Shown in pieces: positions 9,406 through 18,615 of a stretch of 64,000 nt of DNA. This stretch comes from Sandaracinus sp. Lineage in GTDB: Bacteria; Myxococcota_A; Polyangia; Polyangiales; Sandaracinaceae. The notes under the pieces are model-generated. The model saw only the letters and a program-made list of their open reading frames with translations. It was not told the origin of the DNA and made no database searches. The DNA lies in the NCBI GenBank assembly GCA_046351235.1, contig JAXLYV010000014.1, forward strand, positions 2,453 through 66,452, written 5' to 3'. Position 1 is the stretch's first letter, and each line of letters opens with the position of its first letter. The position numbers and the translations under genes are program-made.

Positions 9406-12213
9406 ATGCAGATCACCGAGCGTCGCGTCTACGTCGGTCCGAACCTCTACGCGCACTTCCCCGTGGTGCGCCTCACCGTGGACCTCGAGGCGCTCGAGGA
9501 TCATCCGAGCGGCAAGATCGACGGCTTCGTCGACGGCCTCCTCAAGGCGCTGCCGGGGCTGGAGAAGCACGGCTGCTCCTACGGCGCGCACGGCGGCTTC
9601 GTGCGGCGCCTGCGCGAGGACGGCGGCACCTGGATGGGGCACGTGCTCGAGCACGTGGCGATCGAGCTGCAGGTGCTGACGGGCGCGAAGGTCAGCTTCG
9701 GCAAGACGCGGGGCACGGGCAAGACGGGCGAGTACCACGTCGTCTTCGAGTACGAAGAAGAGAACGTCGGGCTCGCCGCGGTCGATCTCGGCCAGCAGCT
9801 CATCGAGTCGCTCCTGCCGAGCAAGCTCCGCAAGGAAGGCGTGCTGCCCGAGGGGTTCGACGCGAAGGCGGAGATCCGCTCGCTCGTCGAGTACGCGCAG
9901 AAGAAGCAGCTCGGGCCCTCGACGGCGTCGCTCGTGCGCGCGGCCGAGGATCGCGGGATTCCGTGGTTCCGCCTGAACTCGCGCTCGCTCATCCAGCTCG
10001 GTCACGGCAAGTGGCAGAAGCGGATCCAGGCGACGATCACCAGCCAGACCTCGCACATCGGCGTCGAGCTCGCGTCCGACAAGGAAGAGACGAATCGGCT
10101 GCTCGGCGATCTCGGCCTGCCGGTGCCGAAGCAGCGCTGGGTGCGCAACGAGAACGAGGCCGTGCGCGCCGCCGAGCGCCTCGGCTATCCCGTCGTGGTC
10201 AAGCCGCTCGACGCCAACCACGGCCGTGGCGTCACCACGGACCTGCGCGATCCCGAGGCCGTGAAGGTCGCGTACGCGAAGGCGCGGGAACACTCGCGCA
10301 GCGTGCTCGTGGAGACGTTCCTCACCGGCTACGACCACCGCATGCTCGTGGTCGGCGGCGAGCTCGTCGCGGTCGCCAAGCGCGTCCCCGGGCACGTGGT
10401 CGGCGACGGCAAGAGCACCGTGAAGGACCTCGTCACGAAGGTGAACGAGGATCCGCGGCGCGGCATCGGCCACGAGAACGTGCTCACGCGCCTCGAGATC
10501 GATCACGAGGCCGAGCGCATGCTCGAGCGCGCCGGCAAGACGCTCGAGACGGTGCCGGCCGCGGGCGAGCTCGTGTTCCTGCGCGGCACGGGCAACCTGT
10601 CCACGGGCGGCACCGCGATCGACCTCACCGACGTCGTGCACCCGGACAACCGCGAGATGGCGGTGCGCGCCGCGCGCGCGATCGGCCTCGACGTGATCGG
10701 CGTCGACTTCATCACGCCCGACATCACGCAGAGCTACCGCGACGTGGGCGGCGGCATCTGCGAGGTGAACGCGGCGCCCGGCTTCCGCATGCACGTCGCG
10801 CCCACCGAAGGAAAGCCGCGCGACGTCGGCAAGGCCGTGATCGAGATGCTCTTCCCCTCGGGCACCGCGCCCTCGCCCGAGAAGAGCGGGCGCATCCCGA
10901 TCGCCGCGCTCACCGGCACCAACGGCAAGACCACGACGGCGCGCATGCTCGCGCACATCCACAAGATGAACGGCTCGACCGTGGGCCTCACGACGACCGA
11001 CGGCGTGTACGTCGACGGCAACCGCACCTTCGCCGGCGACATGACGGGCCCGACCGCGGCGCGCATGGTGCTGAGCGATCCGACGGTCGACCTCGCCGTG
11101 CTCGAGACGGCGCGCGGCGGCCTGCTCCGCGCCGGCATGGGCTATCGCCACTGCGACGTGGGCGCCGTGCTCAACGTGACGAGCGATCACCTGGGCCTGC
11201 ACGGCATCGACACGCTCGATCAGCTCGCGCAGCTCAAGCGCATCGTCGTCGAGGTCGCCAAGAACGTCGCGATCCTCAACGCCGACGATCCGCTCTGCCT
11301 CCAGATGGCCGATCACACCGAGGCCCAGCGCATCGGCTACGTGACGATGAACCCGCGCCACGAGCTCGTGCGCCAGCACATCCGCGAGGGCGGGCTCGCG
11401 ATCGTGTGCGAGGAGGGCATCAACGGGCACATGATCACGCTCTACGACAAGGGCGCGCACCAGCCCTTGCTCTGGACGCACCTCATCCCCGCGACGCTCG
11501 AGGGCAAGGCGACGCACAACGTGCAGAACGCGATGTTCGCCGCGATCATGGCGCACGCGATGGGCGTGAAGGCGGACACGATCCGCCAGGGCCTGCGCAC
11601 CTTCGACACGACGTACTTCCAGGCGCCGGGCCGCCTGAACGTCTACGACCAGCTGCCCTTCAAGGTCATCCTCGACTACGGGCACAACCCCGCCGCCATG
11701 CAGGTCATGGCGGATCTGGTGGGCAAGCTCGAGGTCACCGGCAAGCGCGTGCTCGTGCTCGCGGCACCGGGCGATCGCCGCAACGAGGACATCGAGGCGA
11801 TGTGCGGGATCGCGGCGCGCGCGTTCGATCGCGTGATCGTGAAGCAGGACGACGACACGCGCGGCCGCGCCTCGATGGAGGTGCCCGAGCTGATGAAGCA
11901 CGCGCTCGAGCGGGCCGGTATGCGCTCGAGCGTGATCGAGATCGTCCCCGAGGAAGAGAAGGCCATCGACCACGCGCTCCGCACGGCCGAGCGTGGCGAT
12001 CTGGTGCTCGTGCTCGCCGACAAGGTGAACCGGGCCTGGAAGCAGATCACGAAGTTCAAGCCCGACGGCGCGCCCGTCGCGACCAAGACCCAGAGCGAGC
12101 GCCCCCCCGAGCCCTCGCGCCCGGTCGACGCATCGATCACACTCGTGGGCCTTCAGGTCGTGAAGGACGAGCGCGGCGTGCGGATCGCACGCAACCAACA
12201 GAACGAAGACTGA
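9406..12213 (+). CDS. cphA: Cyanophycin synthetase (N, ATP-grasp and Mur-ligase-like domains)
   Basis: The ATG at 9406 (MQITERRVYVGPNLYAHFPVV) lies in the frame of track ORF 8545..12213. The ATP-grasp segment reads GYPVVVKPLDANHGRGV...ICEVNAAPGFRMH. The Mur-ligase P-loop is IAALTGTNGKTTTARM, followed later by ILDYGHNPAAM. Confidence 0.95.
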   Translation: MQITERRVYVGPNLYAHFPVVRLTVDLEALEDHPSGKIDGFVDGLLKALPGLEKHGCSYGAHGGFVRRLREDGGTWMGHVLEHVAIELQVLTGAKVSFGKTRGTGKTGEYHVVFEYEEENVGLAAVDLGQQLIESLLPSKLRKEGVLPEGFDAKAEIRSLVEYAQKKQLGPSTASLVRAAEDRGIPWFRLNSRSLIQLGHGKWQKRIQATITSQTSHIGVELASDKEETNRLLGDLGLPVPKQRWVRNENEAVRAAERLGYPVVVKPLDANHGRGVTTDLRDPEAVKVAYAKAREHSRSVLVETFLTGYDHRMLVVGGELVAVAKRVPGHVVGDGKSTVKDLVTKVNEDPRRGIGHENVLTRLEIDHEAERMLERAGKTLETVPAAGELVFLRGTGNLSTGGTAIDLTDVVHPDNREMAVRAARAIGLDVIGVDFITPDITQSYRDVGGGICEVNAAPGFRMHVAPTEGKPRDVGKAVIEMLFPSGTAPSPEKSGRIPIAALTGTNGKTTTARMLAHIHKMNGSTVGLTTTDGVYVDGNRTFAGDMTGPTAARMVLSDPTVDLAVLETARGGLLRAGMGYRHCDVGAVLNVTSDHLGLHGIDTLDQLAQLKRIVVEVAKNVAILNADDPLCLQMADHTEAQRIGYVTMNPRHELVRQHIREGGLAIVCEEGINGHMITLYDKGAHQPLLWTHLIPATLEGKATHNVQNAMFAAIMAHAMGVKADTIRQGLRTFDTTYFQAPGRLNVYDQLPFKVILDYGHNPAAMQVMADLVGKLEVTGKRVLVLAAPGDRRNEDIEAMCGIAARAFDRVIVKQDDDTRGRASMEVPELMKHALERAGMRSSVIEIVPEEEKAIDHALRTAERGDLVLVLADKVNRAWKQITKFKPDGAPVATKTQSERPPEPSRPVDASITLVGLQVVKDERGVRIARNQQNED

Positions 12214-12219
12214 ACCCTC

Positions 12220-13908
12220 TTGCGCCTGGTCGATGCACGCCGGCTCCGTGGCCCCACGCTCGGTGCGAGCGGCCCCGGCGCGATCGCCGAGATCGCGCTC
12301 GAGGAGGGCGAGCGCCCGGACGTCGTGATCCGCGCGTGGCGTGCCGCGCTCGCGGGCGTGCTCGCCTGGGCCGGGCGCGGCGAGGTGGGGCGCGGGCTCG
12401 AGGTGCGTCGATTCGACGGTGGGGTCGCGCTCTTCATCCCGAGCCCGGTCGACGGCGTGGATGCGACGCTCGACCTGCTCGAGTGGTCGGTGGGCTACGT
12501 CGCGGAGCGCACGAAGGGCAAGGGGTCGCCGGCGGCGCTCCGCGCGGCCTCGGAGCGGTTCCGCGAGGCGCTCGCCGCGGAGGCGAGCCCGGGCCTCGTG
12601 CGCCTGCGCGCCGAGGCGGCCGAGCGCGGGATCCCGAGCTTCGTCGACGACGAGCGCGTCACCTTCGGTCACGCCGCGCGCTCGCACACCTACGAGCGAC
12701 GCGCGCTCCCGACCGCGGTTCCGTGGCGCGAGCTCGGCGCGATTCCGGTCGCGCTCGTCACCGGCACGAACGGCAAGACGACGACGACCCGCATGGTCGC
12801 GCGCATCGCCAAGCACGCGGGGCTCGTGCCCGGGAACACGTCGTCCGACGGCATCGCGATCGGCGAGCGCATCGTGGAGCGCGGGGACAACACGGGCGGC
12901 GAGTCGGCGCGCGCGGTGCTGCGCGATCCGCGCGTCCAGATCGCGATCCTCGAGACGGCGCGCGGGGGCTTGTTGCGGCGAGGCCTCGCGGTCACCGACG
13001 TCGACGCGGCGCTCATCACGAACGTGAGCGAGGACCACCTCGGCGAGCACGGCGTGCTCGACCTCGACACGATGCGCGAGACGAAGGCCGTCGTGGGCCA
13101 CGCCGTGAAGAAGGGCGGCAAGGTCGTGCTCGGCGCCGACGACGCGGGGCTACGCGCGATGGCCAAGAGCTTTCGCGCCGAGCGCGTGCTCTTCGCGATC
13201 GACCCGCGCTCGGTGCGGGCGCACCTGCGCGCAGGCGGTCACGCGTTCACCGTCGAGCGCGGCGTCCTCGTCCACCGGGGCCCGAAGCGGCGCGAAGAGA
13301 TCGTGCGCGTGGTCGACGTCCCCGTCACCGATGGCGGTCGCGCCCTCCACAACGTGAAGAACGCGCTCGCCGCCGCGGCGCTCGCGTGGTCCCTCGGCCT
13401 CCCCACGCGGGCGATCGCCGAGGGCCTGCGGAGCTTCGGCGAGAAGCGGGGCGACAACGAAGGACGCGGGCAGCTCGCCCTCACCGACGACGGCGTGCGC
13501 GTGCTGCTCGACTTCGGCCACAACCCGGCCGCCGCGACCCATCTCTACGCGTGGGCGCGCTCGCTCGCCGGCGACGCGCGGGTGCTCGCCGTGCTCACGC
13601 AGCCCGGGGATCGGACCGACGCGGCGATCGAGGCGTTCGTCCGCAGCGTGGTCGACGCGGGGGCGCGCACGATCGTGGCGTGGGAGCGCGAGAGCTTGCG
13701 GCGTGGGCGCGAGGCAGGCGAGGTGGTGCGGGCGATCACGCGAGCGGCGCGCCAGGTGGCGCGCGGCGTGAGGGTGGTGCACGCGAGCGACGAGGCCGAC
13801 GCGATCGGCCGCGCCGTGGCGCTCGCGAAGCGAGGCGACGTGATCGTCGTCTCGCCCAGCCTCGATCGCCGGCTTCCGATCAGTGCGAGACGGACGCGTC
13901 GAGCGTGA
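12220..13908 (+). CDS. CphA-like protein with N and Mur-ligase-like (M) domains but no ATP-grasp domain
   Basis: The TTG start lies 7 nt after the cphA stop. The N-terminus MRLVDARRLRGPTLG parallels the CphA N-terminus. The segment RGIPSFVDDERVTFGH parallels CphA RGIPWFRLNSRSLIQLGH. The P-loop VALVTGTNGKTTTTRM then follows directly at about aa 180, with LLDFGHNPAAA later. Confidence 0.8.
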   Translation: MRLVDARRLRGPTLGASGPGAIAEIALEEGERPDVVIRAWRAALAGVLAWAGRGEVGRGLEVRRFDGGVALFIPSPVDGVDATLDLLEWSVGYVAERTKGKGSPAALRAASERFREALAAEASPGLVRLRAEAAERGIPSFVDDERVTFGHAARSHTYERRALPTAVPWRELGAIPVALVTGTNGKTTTTRMVARIAKHAGLVPGNTSSDGIAIGERIVERGDNTGGESARAVLRDPRVQIAILETARGGLLRRGLAVTDVDAALITNVSEDHLGEHGVLDLDTMRETKAVVGHAVKKGGKVVLGADDAGLRAMAKSFRAERVLFAIDPRSVRAHLRAGGHAFTVERGVLVHRGPKRREEIVRVVDVPVTDGGRALHNVKNALAAAALAWSLGLPTRAIAEGLRSFGEKRGDNEGRGQLALTDDGVRVLLDFGHNPAAATHLYAWARSLAGDARVLAVLTQPGDRTDAAIEAFVRSVVDAGARTIVAWERESLRRGREAGEVVRAITRAARQVARGVRVVHASDEADAIGRAVALAKRGDVIVVSPSLDRRLPISARRTRRA

Positions 13909-15562
13909 ACGGCCCCGAGAAGAAGCCGCCGAACGAGTCGACGACGAGGTAGTAGGTCCCGCCCGAGGCGACCGTCGTGTGCAGCGTGACGGCGCTGCCG
14001 ACCTCGGTTCCTTCGGCGCCCCCCACGCAGTGGGTCGCGGTCGCATCGCACGCGCTCGCGGCGTCGCCGGGGCCCAGCAGGTAGAGCGAGAGCAGCGTCT
14101 GGTCCGGCGTGAGCACGACGTCGAGCGTGTCGCCGGCGGCGAGCGTCACCGCGTAGACCACGTCGGGGCCGTCCAGGCGCGTCGTCGCGCACGTGCCGGT
14201 GTCGGGCTGCGCGGCGTAGTCGTCACGCGCCGCGAGCGTCGAGCCGCTGGTCCGTGCTGGCGCGCCCGCCGTGCCGAGCGCCAGGGCCGGCGCGCTCGCG
14301 CAGGTCTCGTTCGCGGGTGGGGTCGCGCACACGTCGGCGACGCAGACGTCCCCGGCGGCACAGCCACGGGGCGTGGTGCCGGCGAGCTCGCAGTCGGGAT
14401 CGTGCGCACCGCAGCCGCAATCGCAGTGCGCGCCGTCGCCGAAGCTCTCCGGAGCGCACGTCCACGCTGCCGGGAAGCGTGGCGCGCAGTGCCCGAGGCC
14501 GGTGTCGCTGAACAGGTGGAAGCAGCGCTCGAACGCCGCCGCGTCGCACTCGGCGTCGGTGGTGCAGAGTGGCCGACAGACTCCGTCGCCGCGGCCGGCC
14601 TGATCGCAGATGCCGTCCCAGAACGAGGTGCCCACAGGCGCGCAGTACACGCTGCCGGTGGCGCACTGCTGGCCGAAGCCGACGCTCGAGCGCAGCAGCG
14701 GCGTCGCGTCGCAGTAGCCGCGCTCCATCGCGTCGATGGCGCACACGCCACTGCTGCACGAGCGACCGGCGTCGCGGTCGCAGCTCGTCGCGCAGTAGGG
14801 CTCGAACGTCGGGCTGTCGCGACGGATCTCGCAGAGCTGGTTGCCGAGGCAGTCGACGGGATCGCGCGTGCCGTCGCAGTCGGGATCGATCACGCCGCAC
14901 GTGCACTGGCACGTGGCGCCGTCGCCGTACTGCGAGGCGGGGCAGGTCCAGCCGTCGGGCGTGAACGTCTGCATCACGTCGACGGTCGCCACCTCGAGGC
15001 AGGCGCCGCCGGGCACCGGCGTCGACATCAGCGTCGCGCCGCCGATCGTCACTTCGACGAGCCGGAGCCCCTCGAGGCGTGCGTCGAGCAGCAGGCCGAA
15101 GGGCTCGGCGCGCAGCGTGAGCGTGCCCGCGCTCGCGAAGAAGCCGTGGTCGCGCGTCAGGCCCGTGAAGGCCATCGTGCAGTGCGCGCACGTGGAGCGG
15201 TTGTCGTCGCGGCTGCCGGCGATGGAGAACGTGCCGACGTACTCGGCGTCGCCGTAGCGCTCGAACGTCAGATAGAGGGCGTAGGTCTGCCCGTCGATCG
15301 CGGGGCTGAGCGGCGCGACGTAGCTCGCCGAGACGTCGTCGATGAAGTCGACGTCGAAGGTGCCGACCGTCACCGGGATGCAGCCGCTCGAGGCATCCGG
15401 GCCCGCGTCGCCGATGCGCACGTCGGGCGTGGCGTCGGCGGCTCCCGCGTCACGCCCGCCGTCGACCGGATCGGCCGGAGACGGCCCCGGGCATGCGCTC
15501 GCGGAAGTGGCCCAGAGGACGAGCAGAAGAGAAGAAAGGACGCGCACGCGGTGGGGCGACAT
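13880..15562 (-). CDS. Secreted Cys-rich protein with a C-terminal beta-sandwich-like (PPC-type?) module
   Basis: Signal peptide MSPHRVRVLSSLLLVLWATSASAC. Two copies of the motif (Y/F)GDGA-x-C-x-C-x-CG-x2-DPDC: CPASQYGDGATCQCTCGVIDPDCDG and CAPESFGDGAHCDCGCGAHDPDCE. The C-terminal ~130 aa resemble the C-terminus of the 18616..20025 product. Confidence 0.75.
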   Translation of the reverse strand: MSPHRVRVLSSLLLVLWATSASACPGPSPADPVDGGRDAGAADATPDVRIGDAGPDASSGCIPVTVGTFDVDFIDDVSASYVAPLSPAIDGQTYALYLTFERYGDAEYVGTFSIAGSRDDNRSTCAHCTMAFTGLTRDHGFFASAGTLTLRAEPFGLLLDARLEGLRLVEVTIGGATLMSTPVPGGACLEVATVDVMQTFTPDGWTCPASQYGDGATCQCTCGVIDPDCDGTRDPVDCLGNQLCEIRRDSPTFEPYCATSCDRDAGRSCSSGVCAIDAMERGYCDATPLLRSSVGFGQQCATGSVYCAPVGTSFWDGICDQAGRGDGVCRPLCTTDAECDAAAFERCFHLFSDTGLGHCAPRFPAAWTCAPESFGDGAHCDCGCGAHDPDCELAGTTPRGCAAGDVCVADVCATPPANETCASAPALALGTAGAPARTSGSTLAARDDYAAQPDTGTCATTRLDGPDVVYAVTLAAGDTLDVVLTPDQTLLSLYLLGPGDAASACDATATHCVGGAEGTEVGSAVTLHTTVASGGTYYLVVDSFGGFFSGPFTLDASVSH

Positions 15563-15788
15563 GGCACCTCGGCAGGGGGAAGAGAACCCTCGAACCCGAC
15601 ACCGTGTCCGAGCCTGACTCGATCTCGCACGAAATCGACCATGCGCTCCACGAGTGCGACGTCGCTGGACGCGGCCTCCCCACCCGGGTGGGCCTCACCG
15701 CGGAGGTCGCACTGCTGGATCGCGTCGATCGGCTGCGGTTCCTCTTCTCGCGTGGGCTGCCCGCCGCCGCACCGCCGGATCGACGCCG

Positions 15789-17303
15789 TCAGCCCGAGAA
15801 GGTGATCCGCACGGGCCGCTTGAAGGTCTGCTCGAAGAGGGCGGCCTTGCGGGCCGTGGTCCACATCTCGAGCGAGAGATCCTCGCGGCCGACGGCGCTG
15901 AGCGCGACCTCGCGGTTCGACACGCTCACCTCGAGCGACTGCACCTTGCTGCGATGACCCCGATCGAGCGCGTCCGCGATGCGCAGGATGGCCGAGAGGC
16001 GCCGCACTTTGCGCTGCGCCTCCGCGTCGAGGCTCCCGAAGGTCTCGTGCTTGGGCGAGGGGTCGGCGCGCCGGTGGTAGCGCGCGATGCACCCGACGAT
16101 CGTCTTCAGCTCGGGCGAGAGGCCCATGATCTCCGAGTGCTCGACGATGTACTGCGTGTGCTTGTGATGCGCCGACGACTCCACGAACTCACCGATGTCG
16201 TGGGTGAGCGCAGCCACGCGCAAGAGAACGCGGTCCTCGGGGCCGAGGCCGTGCAGCTCCGCGAGCCGATCGAAGAGCTGCGTCGCGAGGCGATCGACCT
16301 GCGTCGCGTGCGTCTCGTCGAAGTGGTAGCGCCGGCCGAGCTGGATCGCCGCGCGTGAGGCGAGGTGCTCGTCGAGCTTCGGATCCCAGACGCGGAAGTG
16401 CTTCTCGACGAGCTCGGCGGCGACGCCTTCCTTCAGGCCGACGCCCGGCGCCACGATCGCGTCCGTGCGCGCGAGGTCGGCCACCGCCACCAGCGCGTAG
16501 AGCGCGGGCACGATCACGTCGGCGCGATCGGGGCGCAGGCCGAAGCGCTTGCGGCGCGCGGCGGCCGTCATCTTCTTCATGCGCACGAGCAGCTTGCGCG
16601 CGGCCCGCACGTCGATGGTCGGCATCGCGCGGCCCTTCATCGGCACGAGCGCGGCGATCGCGTCGAAGCTCCCGCCGGTGCCGGCGACCACGTCGTAGGT
16701 GCGGCTGCCGTAGCTCTGCACGACCGGCGCGAGCACGCGCTCGATGTACTCGACGAGGAGCTTCTCCTGGGCCTTGGCGACGGGCTTGCCGCCGTCGAGG
16801 AACGACTCGAGCAGGCGCACCGTGCCGATCTCGAGCGAGGTCGCGAAGCGCACTTCGTCGTGGTGCACCTCGCTCAGCTCGAGCGAGCCGCCGCCGAGGT
16901 CGCAGAGGAGCGCGCGCTTGTCGGTGAGCGGAATCCGCTTCTCGACCGCGACCTTCACGAGGCGCGCCTCTTCGGTGCCGTCGATCGCCTCGAGCTCGAT
17001 CCCCGCGTCGGACGCGCGCTCGAGCAAGAGGCTCGCGTTCTCGGCGTCGCGGGCCGAGGCCGTCACGACGGCGCGCATCTCGATCACGTCGAGGTCGGCG
17101 ATGCGCTTCTGGAACTCCTTGAGCACCCGCACGCACTCGTCGACCGAGCGCGGGTCGAGCTTGCCGGTGAGGAACACCGCGTGGCCCATGCGGACGGGCC
17201 GCCGCACCGACTCGAGCTCCACGATCCGGTCGGCGCTCTCGGCCTCCACGACGAGGAGACGAGAGGCGTTCGAGCCCACGTCGATCGATGCAAACCGCGG
17301 CAC
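15789..17303 (-). CDS. ppx: Exopolyphosphatase / guanosine pentaphosphate phosphohydrolase family (Ppx/GppA plus HD domain)
   Basis: N-terminus FASIDVGSNASRLLVVE is the actin-like ATPase fold. LCDLGGGSLEL is also present. The C-terminal HD region reads AALTHDIGEFV...HHKHTQYIV. Confidence 0.9.
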   Translation of the reverse strand: MPRFASIDVGSNASRLLVVEAESADRIVELESVRRPVRMGHAVFLTGKLDPRSVDECVRVLKEFQKRIADLDVIEMRAVVTASARDAENASLLLERASDAGIELEAIDGTEEARLVKVAVEKRIPLTDKRALLCDLGGGSLELSEVHHDEVRFATSLEIGTVRLLESFLDGGKPVAKAQEKLLVEYIERVLAPVVQSYGSRTYDVVAGTGGSFDAIAALVPMKGRAMPTIDVRAARKLLVRMKKMTAAARRKRFGLRPDRADVIVPALYALVAVADLARTDAIVAPGVGLKEGVAAELVEKHFRVWDPKLDEHLASRAAIQLGRRYHFDETHATQVDRLATQLFDRLAELHGLGPEDRVLLRVAALTHDIGEFVESSAHHKHTQYIVEHSEIMGLSPELKTIVGCIARYHRRADPSPKHETFGSLDAEAQRKVRRLSAILRIADALDRGHRSKVQSLEVSVSNREVALSAVGREDLSLEMWTTARKAALFEQTFKRPVRITFSG

Positions 17304-17342
17304 GGCTGGGGTTGTACACGGCGCCAGGAGCCCAAGGAAGGC

Positions 17343-18587
17343 TCAAGCGCGATCCGAAGGCCTCGTGCGGAGCAGAGCGTAGCCCAGCGTCACGGCGACC
17401 AAGGTCGCGAGCGCGCTCGCGGCGAGCACCGCGATGCGCGCGGCGTCGAGGAGCGCAGGATCGCCCGCGAACGCGAGGGCCGAGACGAACAGGGACATCG
17501 TGAACCCGACGCCGCCGATCATCCCGAGCACGATCAGGTGCCGGAGCGTGAGATCTCCGGGCAGCTCCGCGATGCGCAGGCGCACCGCGATCGCGCTCGC
17601 GCTCACGATCCCGAGCGGCTTGCCGATCACGAGGCCGGCCGTCACGCCGAGCGCCACGGCGGTCGCGCTCGCATCCATCGCGCTCGCACGCACGTCCACG
17701 CCCGCGTTGGCGAGCGCGAACAGCGGCATCACGCCGAAGGCGACCCAGGGATGGAGCTGCGTCACGAGCTCCTCCGAGGGGGAGGTCTCGTCGTCGTGCG
17801 CCCCGGTGGGCGGCGTGAGCAGGCCGAGCGCGACGCCCGCGAGCGTGGGGTGCAGGCCTGCGGCGAGGAAGGCGACCCACATCGCGACGCCCGGCACCAC
17901 GTACGCGGGCTTGGAGCGCACACCGCGCCGCTGCATCCAGAGCACCGCCACGATCGCCAGGCCCGCGCCCACGAGCGGCGCCCACGCGATGCCGCGGGAG
18001 TAGAAGACGGCGATCACGACGATGGCGCCGAGGTCGTCGATCACCGCGAGCGCCAAGAGCAGCACGCGGAGCGCCGGCGGCACCCGCGAGCCGAGCAGCG
18101 TGAGCGCGCCGAGCGCGAAGGCGATGTCGGTCGCCGTCGGGATGCCCCACCCGGCGCGGGTCTCGGCGGCGCCGGCCACGAGCAGGTACACGCCCGCGGG
18201 GACGACCATGCCGCCGAGGGCCGCGAACGCGGGGAGGGCGGCGCGCCTCCGATCGCGCAGCGCGCCCACGGAGAGCTCGCGGCGGATCTCCAGCCCGACG
18301 ACGAAGAAGAAGATCGTCATCAAGACGTCGTCGACGATCGCGTGCGGCGTCACCGCGTGACCGGCGATCGTGCCGAAGCTCCACTCCCACACGGTGTGAT
18401 GCGAGGCGCCCCAGGGCGAGCTCGCCCACACGAGCGCGATCGCGGTCGCGGCCGCGAGCAAGATCCCGCTCGAGGCCTCGATCTCGAGGAACCGGCGGAG
18501 CGAGCGAAGCCAGCGGCGCGGACGAGAGGGCACGGTGGGGAGTCGGGGCAGAACGGCTCGCGGCGCGCGGGCGGTTTCTGTTAGCAT
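17343..18587 (-). CDS. nhaA: Na+/H+ antiporter NhaA
   Basis: Motifs: FLEIEASSGILLAAATAIALVWA, FFFVVGLEIRRE, GWGIPTATDIAFALG, AVIDDLGAIVVIAVFY. Multiple TM spans. The start may be downstream of 18587. Confidence 0.9.
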   Translation of the reverse strand: MLTETARAPRAVLPRLPTVPSRPRRWLRSLRRFLEIEASSGILLAAATAIALVWASSPWGASHHTVWEWSFGTIAGHAVTPHAIVDDVLMTIFFFVVGLEIRRELSVGALRDRRRAALPAFAALGGMVVPAGVYLLVAGAAETRAGWGIPTATDIAFALGALTLLGSRVPPALRVLLLALAVIDDLGAIVVIAVFYSRGIAWAPLVGAGLAIVAVLWMQRRGVRSKPAYVVPGVAMWVAFLAAGLHPTLAGVALGLLTPPTGAHDDETSPSEELVTQLHPWVAFGVMPLFALANAGVDVRASAMDASATAVALGVTAGLVIGKPLGIVSASAIAVRLRIAELPGDLTLRHLIVLGMIGGVGFTMSLFVSALAFAGDPALLDAARIAVLAASALATLVAVTLGYALLRTRPSDRA

Positions 18588-18615
18588 GAACCTTCATCTC
18601 CACGGAGGCTCGGTC

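Noticed and set aside
9142-13101. 1319-aa ORF on the minus strand, and similar giants at 16189..20244, 19997..23818, 27864..32069, 3510..6365, 42157..44637, 53252..55693 and 9339..13952.
   Set aside because: They lie antisense to, or out of frame with, genes that have unmistakable motifs (cphA, nhaA, MoxR, GH3 and others). Their translations are Arg/Ala/Gly/Pro low-complexity strings, typical of stop-codon-poor frames in very GC-rich DNA.
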